DNA from: Candidatus Latescibacterota bacterium
GTDB taxonomy: Bacteria; Latescibacterota; UBA2968; UBA8231
NCBI GenBank assembly: GCA_964291625.2
Contig: OZ220090.1
Coordinates: 416,001-480,000, forward strand
Length of the DNA: 64,000 nucleotides
Direction: 5' to 3'
Positions 45,090 through 55,943 of the stretch are shown one piece after another. The notes below the pieces were generated by a model. The model did not search any database. It worked only from the letters and a program-made list of their open reading frames with translations, and had not been told where the DNA came from. The position numbers and the translations under genes were made by a program. Position 1 is the stretch's first letter, and each line of letters opens with the position of its first letter.

Positions 45090-45785
45090 ATGGCAAAGGG
45101 CATGTTCGCGCGCATGGCAGACATCCTGCGGTCCAACATCAACGAGGCCCTCGACCGCGCCGAAGAGCCCGAGAAGCTCATCCGGCAGATGATCCGCGAG
45201 ATGGAGGAGGCGGTGAACAAGGCCACCGCCTCGGTAGGCACGGCCGTGGCCAACCAGAAGCGGCTGGAACGTCAGCACGACGAGCGCACCGCCCAGTGCG
45301 AGGAGTGGCAGCGCCGGGCCGAGCGCGCCGTGGAAGCCGGCGAGGACGACCTGGCCCGGCGGGCCCTCGAGCGCCGGGCGGTCCTGCAACAGGCCGCCGC
45401 CGATCTGGCGCCGGCCCTGGAGGAGAGCCGCCGCACGGCGGAGCAGCTGCGCGAGCAACTGCGGGAGCTGAAGGGCAAGCTCGAGGAGGCCCGGACGCGC
45501 CAGGGTACTCTCATGGCCCGCCATCGGGCCGCCGAAGCCCGCAAACGCCTGGCGCAGTCGATGCACGGTCTCGGAGAGGACGCCTTCTCCAGCTTCGAGC
45601 GCTTCGAGCAGCGGGTGGAGAACACCGAGGCCGAAGCCGAGGCCCACGCCGAGGTCGCCGATGACCTGGGCGAGGTGGAGCGGCGCGTGCGGGACATGGA
45701 CCGGACGGCGGCGGTGGAAGATGAACTGAAGGCCCTCAAGGACCGGCTCCTGCGCGAGCGCGAGCAGGCTTCGGGGAGCGCGTGA
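45090..45785 (+). CDS. pspA: PspA/IM30 (Vipp1/ESCRT-III-like) protein
   Basis: GMFARMADILRSNINEALDRAEEPEKLIRQMIREM, GEDDLARRAL, FERFEQRV and VEDELKALK motifs. Confidence 0.93.
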   Translation: MAKGMFARMADILRSNINEALDRAEEPEKLIRQMIREMEEAVNKATASVGTAVANQKRLERQHDERTAQCEEWQRRAERAVEAGEDDLARRALERRAVLQQAAADLAPALEESRRTAEQLREQLRELKGKLEEARTRQGTLMARHRAAEARKRLAQSMHGLGEDAFSSFERFEQRVENTEAEAEAHAEVADDLGEVERRVRDMDRTAAVEDELKALKDRLLREREQASGSA

Positions 45786-45798
45786 GGGAGTGAGACGG

Positions 45799-46260
45799 AT
45801 GGGACCCCCCTTGGAGGGATGGCTCCGGCGCGCGGGATCGCTGCTGTTCAGGGCGGGGTCGGTCCTGCTCCTGGCGGTGGGCCTGGGACTGATCCTCTAC
45901 GGGATGGGTCAGCGCATCGATCACGACGACTGGCAGGAGCCGCTGTCCATCGGGGTCCCCGTCTTCGCCCTCGGGGCCGCGGCCTGGTTCTGCTCGGGCC
46001 GCCTCGCCGCCTCCGCCCGGCAGGCGCGCGCCCGGCGCATGGAGAACCGCATCCTGCGGCTGGCGCGCGAGCGCTTCGGCCGGCTCACGGTCATCGAGGC
46101 CGCGGTCGAGACCGGACTCACCGCCGCCGAGACCGAGTCGATTCTGCGGGGCCTGGCCGATGGCGGATTCGTGGAGATCGAGGTCAACGAGGCCGGGGTC
46201 ATGAGCTACCGTTTCCCCGAGGTCATCTACTCGTCGAGAGGCGAACGTTCCGCCCTGTAG
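45799..46260 (+). CDS. Two-TM membrane protein with a C-terminal winged-helix-like domain
   Basis: Two hydrophobic helices, then ILRLARERFGRLTVIEAAVETGLTAAETESILRGLADGGFVEIEVNEAGVMSYRF. Confidence 0.7.
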   Translation: MGPPLEGWLRRAGSLLFRAGSVLLLAVGLGLILYGMGQRIDHDDWQEPLSIGVPVFALGAAAWFCSGRLAASARQARARRMENRILRLARERFGRLTVIEAAVETGLTAAETESILRGLADGGFVEIEVNEAGVMSYRFPEVIYSSRGERSAL

Positions 46261-46285
46261 GACAGCCCCGAAAGGACTGCCCCCC

Positions 46286-46642
46286 ATGAGGATTCCGACG
46301 ATTTTCCACTGGCCCACGCCATGGCTCTGGATCGGCCTGACAATATTGCTGGTCGGACTGGTGGGCGATTCCCCGGTCCTGGCGATCGCCGCCGTGATCA
46401 TTCTCGCCGCAACCCTCGCCCACGTCGCCAGGGGGAAGGCCGGGCGGACGCGTCCGGAGGCCCCCGGGCACGACGCACCGGCCGGGGAGCCCGGGGAGCT
46501 TGACCGGCGCCTCACCGAGATCGAGCGGCGTCTCACCGACACGCAGGACGTGATGATCGCCCTCAGCGAGAAGATGGACCGCTGGGAGCGGGAGGGTGTG
46601 TCCCGGGCCCCGGACGGGGCCGCCGCCGGAGGGAGGGAGTAA
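46286..46642 (+). CDS. Small membrane protein with C-terminal coiled coil (PspB-like topology)
   Basis: AAGGA RBS, TM hairpin, then LDRRLTEIERRLTDTQDVMIALSEKMDRWERE. Confidence 0.7.
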   Translation: MRIPTIFHWPTPWLWIGLTILLVGLVGDSPVLAIAAVIILAATLAHVARGKAGRTRPEAPGHDAPAGEPGELDRRLTEIERRLTDTQDVMIALSEKMDRWEREGVSRAPDGAAAGGRE

Positions 46643-47012
46643 TGCTCGCAAGGATCTTCGCCGGGGGCCTGCTGCTTCTGGGCGCCGCTTTCGCACTCAG
46701 CCTTCTCATGGGCGCCTTCCCGACGTTCATCCTCCTCCCCTGGGATGGATTCCATGGCCCTCCGGGTTGGTTCGGTGTCTCGGGCTGGTTCGGTGACGCC
46801 CTCGGGGCCATGGTCCTGGTGACCCTCTTCGGCCTTCTGCTCAATGGGGGATACTGGATCCACGTTCATCTCGAGGATCGGCGGGCGCGCACGAAGGGTG
46901 CCCTGGCCGAAGGAGAGATCGCCAGGCGGTTGGACGAGGTCGAGGCCCGCACCCGGGACGTCCTCGACGTGATGATCGCCCTGAGCGAGAAACTGGACCG
47001 CTGGGAGCGGGA
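46547..47012 (+). repeat. 47-bp direct repeat (46547-46593 and 46966-47012), 44/47 identical
   Basis: Both copies encode DVMIALSEK(M/L)DRWERE. The differences are two synonymous changes and one M/L change. Confidence 0.9.
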
Positions 47013-47052
47013 AGGCGCGCCCGCCGCCGCCGACCGCACCGCCGCGCACTGA
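46642..47052 (+). CDS. Small membrane protein, paralog of 46286..46642
   Basis: TAATG coupling, two TM segments, then IARRLDEVEARTRDVLDVMIALSEKLDRWERE. Confidence 0.7.
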   Translation: MLARIFAGGLLLLGAAFALSLLMGAFPTFILLPWDGFHGPPGWFGVSGWFGDALGAMVLVTLFGLLLNGGYWIHVHLEDRRARTKGALAEGEIARRLDEVEARTRDVLDVMIALSEKLDRWEREGAPAAADRTAAH

Positions 47053-47064
47053 GGAGGCGCGATC

Positions 47065-47211
47065 ATGCTTGTCAGAATACTCGGGGCGGCCCTGCTGGCC
47101 GTGGGCGTCGTCCTCGCTCTGGACATGCTGCTGGGGGTGCTCTGGTCGATTCTCTCGGTCGCTTTCGTCGCCGCCCTCGTCTGGGGCGGATGGAGACTGC
47201 TGAAGTCGTGA
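47065..47211 (+). CDS. 48-aa hydrophobic membrane protein (not in the ORF track)
   Basis: GAGGAGG RBS. MLVRILGAALLAVGVVLALDMLLGVLWSILSVAFVAALVWGGWRLLKS*, with the stop overlapping the kinase GTG (GTGA). Confidence 0.75.
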   Translation: MLVRILGAALLAVGVVLALDMLLGVLWSILSVAFVAALVWGGWRLLKS

Positions 47212-48622
47212 CCTCCGCGGCCTCGGCTGGCCGGGGGGCCCTGGAGGAGGGGCGCCAACTCTTCCGCCAGGGCCGTCATCCCGAGGCCCGCGAGATCCTC
47301 CAGCGGGCCCTGGAGCCCGCCTCGGAGGGGCCCCGCGGGAGCGAGGCCGGCGAGATGCTCTTCCTTCGAGGGATGTGCCACCTGCAGGAAGGCGCGGAGG
47401 CCGACGGCGTGGAGGACCTGGAAGCGGCCGCCGGCCAGGGCTGGCTGGAGGCGCGGTTCCAGCTCGCCCAGTACTACGCCGGCAAGGGCCGGCGCGGCGA
47501 CCTGCGTCGGCGGGCCATCTCCCACCTCCGGCAGGTCCTCGCGGCCGACGCCGACGATCCCAGTCTCGCCGCCGGCCGGGACCGTGTCTGCTTCGCCCTG
47601 GGCGGCCTCTACGCGGAGGGCGACGAGCCCGGCGACGTCGACCGCGGCATCGCCGCCTACCGTCAGGGCCTCTCCGTCAACCCCCTCTCCGCCGTCGGGC
47701 ACAATAGCCTGGGGCAGCTCCTGATGCGCTTCGAGCCCCTCGGCGCCCTCGGCGAGTTGAAGGTGGCCCTGCAGCTGGACCCGGACCTCCGGGCCGCCTG
47801 CGGCAACCTCGCCCGGCTCCTGGTCGAGCGCATCCCGCCGCAAGAGCTGGCCGCCGAGTACGCCCGCATCGTCGAGGAGTTCGAGGATCGGGCCCCCCAC
47901 GTGCTCGCCCGTCTGTCCCAGGAACTGGTCGAGCTGGGGAGGGAGCAGGCCTATCGCGGCCTGTACACCAAGGGCCACCAGCTGAAGAACCTGATCGGCG
48001 TCGTGGGCAGCCGGCTGCGGCGGCTGACCCGGAAGCTGCCTGCCGACGACGGCGCGGCCGAGGAGTTGCGCCAGGTCGAGCAGGAGCACGGTCGCCTCTA
48101 CGAGGAATGGGTGGGCTATCTGTCGGCCATGACGCCCGACCGGGTCGTCACCGGCCTGGTCGATCCCGCCCGGGTCGCCCGCCGGGTGGTGGAAGCCCTC
48201 GGCGCCGACACGCAGGTCGCGTTGGGGATGCGTGTCCAGGAGGGGGTGCCGCGGATCGAGGCGGACGAGCGCCTGCTCCGGGAGGCGGTGACCAATCTGT
48301 GCCTCAACGCCATCCAGGCCGTCTCCGGAGAGGCCTCGCCGGGGGAGGTCTCCGTCGGCGTCGGTTTCGATGTCGACGGGGTGTTCATCGAGGTGGAGGA
48401 TTCCGGGCCGGGCATCCCCGCCGACGTGATCGACCACGTCTTCGATCCGGGGTTCACCACCCGGAGCCAGGGCAACGGCTACGGTCTCGCCATCGCCCAG
48501 CGGATCGCCCAGGCCCACCACGGCGACCTCCGGGTCAAGAGCCGCGTCGGCCGAGGCACCGTGTTCCGCCTCGACCTGCCGGTCAACTACGACGCCGAAA
48601 GCCGGGTCGGCGGGGAGATCCT

Positions 48623-48626
<4 letters not shown>
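47208..48626 (+). CDS. Soluble TPR-domain sensor histidine kinase
   Basis: N-terminal TPR-like helices. H-box GHQLKNL, N-box NLCLNA, DSGPGIP, FDPGFTT and GNGYGLAI. No TM segment seen. Confidence 0.88.
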
Positions 48627-50047
<1,421 letters not shown>

Positions 50048-50203
50048 TCTTCTGCGCGGCTGCGCGGCAAGGTCAGGGCGCGCCCCGCCGCGGTGCGTTC
50101 TCGGCAGTCCAGACCCCGGGCGGGTCTCACACCTTGACGTTGGTCCTCCTGGCGCCTTCTTAGCGGGGGTGCCGCCGCAGTGCCTCCAACCGCGTAGAGA
50201 GCG

Positions 50204-50521
50204 ATGATGGAGAAGCAGTTCAGGGTCGAGACCTTCCTCGCGGGCGACCTGGCCGAGCTCTACGAAGCCGTCATGGAGCAGTTCGAGGTCTCCGGCTCCT
50301 CGAGCTTGTCCGAGATGAACCGGGCGCTGCTGCGGACCGGGCTGCTGCTGCACCTGACGATGCTGACCTCCATGGGTGCGGTCTCCGACGAGCAGCGCCG
50401 ACTCCGGTTGGAGGAACTGGCCGAGAGGGTGGGCCGGGAGAACCTGATGTGGGAGGTCGTGGAGCTCGCCCGGCGCCACTGGAAGGAGGGGGGGGCCGGC
50501 AGCGTCGACCTGCAGGCCTAG
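50204..50521 (+). CDS. Hypothetical protein, possibly ribbon-helix-helix-like
   Basis: Typical codon usage. N-terminal beta-like FRVETFL followed by two helices (SLSEMNRALL). Confidence 0.55.
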   Translation: MMEKQFRVETFLAGDLAELYEAVMEQFEVSGSSSLSEMNRALLRTGLLLHLTMLTSMGAVSDEQRRLRLEELAERVGRENLMWEVVELARRHWKEGGAGSVDLQA

Positions 50522-50594
50522 AAGGCGCCTCAGGACTCTTGTGCACATAGCATAACATGCTGAATTGACTGAAGTTACGATAGCCACATGCAAT

Positions 50595-50623
50595 TTGACA
50601 GGGGGGGGCCGGGCCCGTACATT
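50595..50623 (+). promoter_or_regulatory. Sigma70 promoter of iscU-sodA
   Basis: TTGACA-N17-TACATT in an AT-rich intergenic region. Confidence 0.7.
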
Positions 50624-50650
50624 CCTGCCACTTGGATAGGATTGTCCTCC

Positions 50651-51019
50651 ATGTCCGAAGCCTACAACGAGACCGTCCTCGACCACTACCGGAACCCCCG
50701 CAATGTGGGCGTTCTCAAAAACGCTCACGCTGTCGGCAAGGCGGAGAACTCGGCTTGCGGAGACGTTCTCCACCTCTATCTGGCCATCGACCGAGACCGG
50801 GTGGTCGACTCGCGCTTCCAGACCTTCGGATGCGCGGCCGCCATCGCCGCCGGCTCGAGGCTGACCGAGATGGTCACCGGCGCCACTCTCGACGAGGTGC
50901 GCGCCATCCGCCGCCGGGACGTGGTCGAGGCCCTCGGCGGACTGCCGCCGATGAAGGTCCATTGCTCGGTTCTGGCCGAGGACGCCCTTCGCGCCGCACT
51001 CGAAGCGTACGAGCACTGA
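50651..51019 (+). CDS. iscU: Fe-S cluster scaffold IscU/NifU-N
   Basis: DHYRNPRNVG, ACGD, FGC and LPPMKVHCS motifs. Confidence 0.9.
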   Translation: MSEAYNETVLDHYRNPRNVGVLKNAHAVGKAENSACGDVLHLYLAIDRDRVVDSRFQTFGCAAAIAAGSRLTEMVTGATLDEVRAIRRRDVVEALGGLPPMKVHCSVLAEDALRAALEAYEH

Positions 51020-51064
51020 AGCTCCCGGAATGCAACCAACAACCTCCACGAAAGGACGACTTCC

Positions 51065-51679
<615 letters not shown>

Positions 51680-51685
51680 GCCCGG

Positions 51686-51713
51686 CGCCGGGAGCCCGCC
51701 CGGGTTCCCGGCG
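51686..51713. terminator. Hairpin after sodA
   Basis: CGCCGGGAGCCC / GGGTTCCCGGCG stem with no U-tract. Confidence 0.45.
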
Positions 51714-51760
51714 ATCACCCATCGGCGGCCTCGCGCCGCCTCACGAGAAAAGGGCTTGCC

Positions 51761-52225
51761 ATGGCGATCCATCCCGGTGATCCGGCTCCGGATTTCACCC
51801 TGAAGAACACGGACCTGGAGGAGGTGACCCTCTCCTCCCTCCGGGGCCGAAACGTCGTCCTCCTGTTCGTGCCCCTGGCCTTCACCGGCGTATGCACACA
51901 GGAGTTCTGCGAGGTATCCCGCGGGATCTCGGACTACTCCGCCCTCGACGCCGAGGTTCTCGGCATCAGCGTCGACAGCCCCTTCGCGCAGAAGGCCTGG
52001 GCCGAGCAGGAGGGGATCACCATCTCCCTTCTGAGCGATTTCAACAGGGAGGTCTGTGGCGCCTACGGTGCCCGGTACGAGGATCTGCTGGGCATGGTCG
52101 GCGTGGCCAAGCGTTCGGCCTTCGTCATCGACAAGGAGGGGACCGTGCGTTACGCCTCCGTCTCCGATGACGCCAAGGTCCTGCCCGACTTCGAGGCGGT
52201 GAAGGCCTGCCTCGAGTCCTTGTAG
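51761..52225 (+). CDS. Peroxiredoxin (AhpE/BCP-like)
   Basis: APDFTL, FVPLAFTGVCTQE, ISVDSP, LSDFN and RSAFVIDKEG motifs. Confidence 0.9.
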   Translation: MAIHPGDPAPDFTLKNTDLEEVTLSSLRGRNVVLLFVPLAFTGVCTQEFCEVSRGISDYSALDAEVLGISVDSPFAQKAWAEQEGITISLLSDFNREVCGAYGARYEDLLGMVGVAKRSAFVIDKEGTVRYASVSDDAKVLPDFEAVKACLESL

Positions 52226-52259
52226 TCGCAGGAACCTTCCCAAGGCCCAGGCCAAGCAG

Positions 52260-53705
52260 ATGCGCGTTGAAGGGGCAGGCCGCCCGCTGGCGGCTCCCGA
52301 AGAGGTCCATGACCCGGCCTCTCTGACCGGTACCCGGTTTCCCGGACAGGGTTGCGCCGAGACATCGGCCCCTGCCGCTGCTCTCGACGAGTCTCACCGC
52401 GACCTCCTCGACGGGGAGTACTGGCGCAGGATCCCCGCCTACGCCGGTCTGGGTGCCGACGAGTTTCACGATCACCGGTTCCAGAGCCGGAACTGCGTTT
52501 CCAGCCTCCAGAAGCTGCGCCAGGTTCTTGGCGGCCTCGTCTCCGAGGCGTTCTACGCCGACGTCGAAGCCGGCCTGCGCCTGTCAACCATGAGCCTGCG
52601 CATCTCCCCGTACCTGATCTCCCTCGTCGACTGGTCGGCGCCCGACGTCGATCCGGTCCGGACCCAGTTTCTCCCTCTGGGTTCGCGGCACGAGGCCGAC
52701 CACCCCGAGCTGGCCCTCGACTCCCTCAACGAGCAGGCCGATTCACCCGTGCCCGGACTCACGCACCGCTACCACGACCGGGCCCTGTTCCTGGCTCTGG
52801 ACACCTGCCCCGTGTACTGCAGGTTCTGCACGCGTTCCTACTCCGTGGGCCTCGACACCGCCGGCGTGGACAAGGTCCACTTCGGGGTCAGCCGCCAGCG
52901 CTGGGAGCAGGCCTTCGACTACATCCGCCGCACGCCCGGCATCGAGGACGTGGTCGTCAGCGGCGGCGACATGTACAACCTCAAGGCCGAGCAGGTCGAG
53001 TTGCTGGGCCGGACCCTGCTCGACATCGAGCACGTGCGCAGGTTCCGTTACGCCACCAAGGGCCCGGCGGTGATGCCGCAGAAGCTGGTCACCGATCCCG
53101 ATTGGGTGCGCGCCGTTACCACCGTCGTCGCCGAGGGCCGCCGCCGCCACAAGGAGGTGGCTCTGCACACGCACTTCAACCACCCCGGGGAGATCACCGC
53201 CTTCACCCGCCGCGCCATGGAAGGGCTGATGGCGGAGGGCATGGTCGTCCGCAACCAGACGGTCCTGCAGCGCGGGGTGAACGACGACGCCGACACCATG
53301 CAGCTCCTGGTCCGGCGCCTGGGATACCTCAACATCCACCCCTACTACGTCTTTCTGCACGACATGGTCCGCGGCGTCGAAGAGTTGCGCACGAGCCTGA
53401 GGACCGCCATCGATATCGAGAAGCAGGTCCGTGGCGTCACCGCGGGTTTCAACCTTCCCGCCTTCGTTCTCGACACCATGGGGGGCGGGGGCAAGCGGGA
53501 CGTCCACTCCTACGAGCGCTACGACCAGGAGACCGGGATCTCCGTTTTCACCAGTCCCGTGGTGAGGCCGGGGCAGCGTTTCCTGTTCTTCGACCCGATG
53601 CACAGCCTCGGGCCGAAGGCGCGGGCGCTCTGGTCCGATCCCGACTCCAGGGCCGGCATGATCGCCGAGGCCCTGGAGGACCGGGCCGCAGGAGCCAGAT
53701 CCTGA
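52260..53705 (+). CDS. KamA family radical SAM protein (lysine 2,3-aminomutase-like)
   Basis: GLTHRY, CPVYCRFCTR, SGGD, HFNHP.E, NQTVL..GVND and GGGGK (PLP Lys) motifs. Start position uncertain. Confidence 0.88.
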   Translation: MRVEGAGRPLAAPEEVHDPASLTGTRFPGQGCAETSAPAAALDESHRDLLDGEYWRRIPAYAGLGADEFHDHRFQSRNCVSSLQKLRQVLGGLVSEAFYADVEAGLRLSTMSLRISPYLISLVDWSAPDVDPVRTQFLPLGSRHEADHPELALDSLNEQADSPVPGLTHRYHDRALFLALDTCPVYCRFCTRSYSVGLDTAGVDKVHFGVSRQRWEQAFDYIRRTPGIEDVVVSGGDMYNLKAEQVELLGRTLLDIEHVRRFRYATKGPAVMPQKLVTDPDWVRAVTTVVAEGRRRHKEVALHTHFNHPGEITAFTRRAMEGLMAEGMVVRNQTVLQRGVNDDADTMQLLVRRLGYLNIHPYYVFLHDMVRGVEELRTSLRTAIDIEKQVRGVTAGFNLPAFVLDTMGGGGKRDVHSYERYDQETGISVFTSPVVRPGQRFLFFDPMHSLGPKARALWSDPDSRAGMIAEALEDRAAGARS

Positions 53706-53789
53706 CGATGGAGAGTCTGCCAGGCAGGCTCCCAGGCGGAGGAAGGACCCCGCGAGGGCGCCTCCTCCCGGAAACGGAAGTGACGGAAG

Positions 53790-55490
53790 ATGAACCCAAA
53801 GGCAGTCATTCTGCCCGCCGACCTGTGGCTCGCCGTCCTCTGCGGCCTCGGGTTGCTGCTGGTGGGCGTCGGCATCGGGTACTTCATCAACCTCTATCTG
53901 CGAAGGCCCGATCAGAGCCGTTTGGAAGAGGAAGCCGAGGCCAGGGCCGTGCGCCGCCTCGCCGAGCAGGAGCGCGCCCAGCGTCTGGCATTTCTCGAGG
54001 AGAAGGACGGCTGGTACAAGCTGAAGGCCGACCAGGAGAACCAACTGGAGACGGCCCTTGAAGAGCAGGGCCGCCGGGAGAAGGACCTGGCGACCCGGGA
54101 GCGGGAGATCGACACCCGGCGGCAGGAGGTGCGCAAGGAGTGGAGCCGTTTCAAGAACCAGGAGCGGCGCCTCAACTCGAGGGAGCGCAGCCTCCGGTCC
54201 ACCGAGGTGGAGATCGAGACGATGCAGCGGGAGTTCCGGGAAAAGCTGGAACTCGCCGCCAATCTCACCGAGGACGAGGCCAAGGAGCAGCTCCTCGAGC
54301 ACCTCTCCGGCAAGGTGCGGGCCCGGGCGGCGGCCATGATCCGGGCCGAGAGAACGCGGGCCCGGGAGGAGGCGGACCGGGAGGCGCGCAAGATCGTCGC
54401 CCAGGCCATTCAGCGCTGCGCCGTGGAGGAAGCGGAGCAGGCGGCCACCTCAACTCTGACGATCCCCAGTGAGAGCCTCAAGAGCCGGATCATCGGCAAG
54501 GAGGGCCGCAACGTGCGCGCCTTCGAGCACGCCACGGGGGTCAAGGTCGTGGTCGACGACACGCCCGACACGGTACTGCTCTCCTCCTTCGATCCACTCC
54601 GCCGCGAGGTGGCGGCGCGCTCGATGGAGCGCCTGGTCCGCGACGGCGGGTTCACCCCCAACCGGATCGAGGAGGTGGTGGCCGAGGCCCGCCGTCTCGT
54701 CGACAAGGAAATGGAGGAGGCGGGTCACCGCGCCCTCGGCAAGATCGGGGCGAGCGACTACCACCCGGACCTACCCGCCGCGGTAGGGCGGCTCAAGTTC
54801 CGCTCCAGCTACGGGCAGAACCAGCTACAACATTGCCTGGAGGTGGGACAACTGGCGGGGCTCATGGCCCTGGAGATCGGCCTCGACGCCCCCCTCGCCC
54901 GGAGGGCCGGACTGCTGCACGACATCGGCAAGACGGTGAGCCGGGAGATGGAGGGCTCGCATATCGAGCTCGGAGTGGAGATGGCCGAGCGCTTCGACGA
55001 GCACCCCGTGGTACGCGAGGTCATCGCCGAGAGCCACGAGGACCACGATCGCGTCGATCCGATCTGCTTCCTGGTGAAGGCCGCCGACGCCATCTCCTCG
55101 GTCCGGCCGGGGGGCCGACGGGAGGACTTCGAGGGCTACGCCCGCCGAATCATGAAACTGGAGGAGATCGCCACCTCCTTCGAGGGGGTGAAGGACGTCT
55201 ACGCCATCAACGCCGGACGCGAGATCCGCGTCATGGTACGCGGTGAGCAGGTGAGCGACGACGACGCCGAGATCCTGGCCTTCCACATCGCCGAGCGCGT
55301 GAAGAACGAGTTGACCTTCGCCGGCGAGGTGAAGGTGGTGGTCGTCCGCGAGACCCGCGCCGCCCGGAGCACCAGCCTGCGGCCTCGCGGTCCACGAAGC
55401 GGCAACCCGAGGTCGAGGCGCCGGGCTCACGATTCCTCCCCCCGCAACGGCCGCCATGCTCGAAACGGACAGCCCCGGCCCGGCGGGTAG
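53790..55490 (+). CDS. rny: Ribonuclease Y
   Basis: N-terminal TM and coiled coil, KH (RIIGKEGRN), RSSYGQN, LLHDIGK, ADAISS.RPG and YAINAGREIRV. Confidence 0.95.
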   Translation: MNPKAVILPADLWLAVLCGLGLLLVGVGIGYFINLYLRRPDQSRLEEEAEARAVRRLAEQERAQRLAFLEEKDGWYKLKADQENQLETALEEQGRREKDLATREREIDTRRQEVRKEWSRFKNQERRLNSRERSLRSTEVEIETMQREFREKLELAANLTEDEAKEQLLEHLSGKVRARAAAMIRAERTRAREEADREARKIVAQAIQRCAVEEAEQAATSTLTIPSESLKSRIIGKEGRNVRAFEHATGVKVVVDDTPDTVLLSSFDPLRREVAARSMERLVRDGGFTPNRIEEVVAEARRLVDKEMEEAGHRALGKIGASDYHPDLPAAVGRLKFRSSYGQNQLQHCLEVGQLAGLMALEIGLDAPLARRAGLLHDIGKTVSREMEGSHIELGVEMAERFDEHPVVREVIAESHEDHDRVDPICFLVKAADAISSVRPGGRREDFEGYARRIMKLEEIATSFEGVKDVYAINAGREIRVMVRGEQVSDDDAEILAFHIAERVKNELTFAGEVKVVVVRETRAARSTSLRPRGPRSGNPRSRRRAHDSSPRNGRHARNGQPRPGG

Positions 55491-55505
55491 AGCCTTGGAG
55501 TCTTC

Positions 55506-55943
55506 TTGGCGACGGTGAGGAAGAGGGGCCGCGGAACCCTCACCAGCCTGTGGCGGGCGATCGGCCGCTTGGCGTCCCCGCGGACTCCCGTGGCCGGGCG
55601 CAAGTCGGACGGGGCCGCCCCCCTCAGAGGGACTCCGCGCCTGCGCCGACACTCGGACGGACGCCCCCGGTGCGTCGCCTGCGCCCTGTGCGCCGCCGCC
55701 TGCCCGTCGGACTGCATTCGCATCGAAGCCTCGGCTCCGCCCTGGGTCGAGGAGGCCGACCTGCCCGCCACGAGCGAACGCTGGCCTGCCGTCTTCGAGC
55801 TCGATCTGGGGCGCTGCCTCCTGTGCGGTCTGTGCGAGTCGGCCTGCCCCGAGGAGGCGATCTCCCTCGACCAGGAGCCGGTGCCGGTGGCCGGAGAGCG
55901 CGCGTCACTTCGCCTGGGGCGCGATGCCCTGCTGCGGCGGTGA
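55506..55943 (+). CDS. NuoI-like 2x[4Fe-4S] ferredoxin outside a nuo operon
   Basis: RG.PRL....DG..RCVACALCAAACP and RCLLCGLCESACPEEAI motifs. Confidence 0.75.
   Translation: MATVRKRGRGTLTSLWRAIGRLASPRTPVAGRKSDGAAPLRGTPRLRRHSDGRPRCVACALCAAACPSDCIRIEASAPPWVEEADLPATSERWPAVFELDLGRCLLCGLCESACPEEAISLDQEPVPVAGERASLRLGRDALLRR

Noticed and set aside
46547-47012. 47-bp repeat as a CRISPR array, IS end or DGR template/variable pair
   Set aside because: There are only two copies, both in-frame coding with synonymous or conservative changes, and no cas, transposase or reverse transcriptase gene.
50601-50608. G8 tract in the iscU promoter spacer as a phase-variation switch
   Set aside because: The spacer is already the optimal 17 nt, and a G8 run is unremarkable in a GC-rich genome without read-level length variation.
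53706-53789. 6S RNA or riboswitch upstream of rny
   Set aside because: The gap is only about 85 nt with one small hairpin, too short and lacking recognisable motifs.
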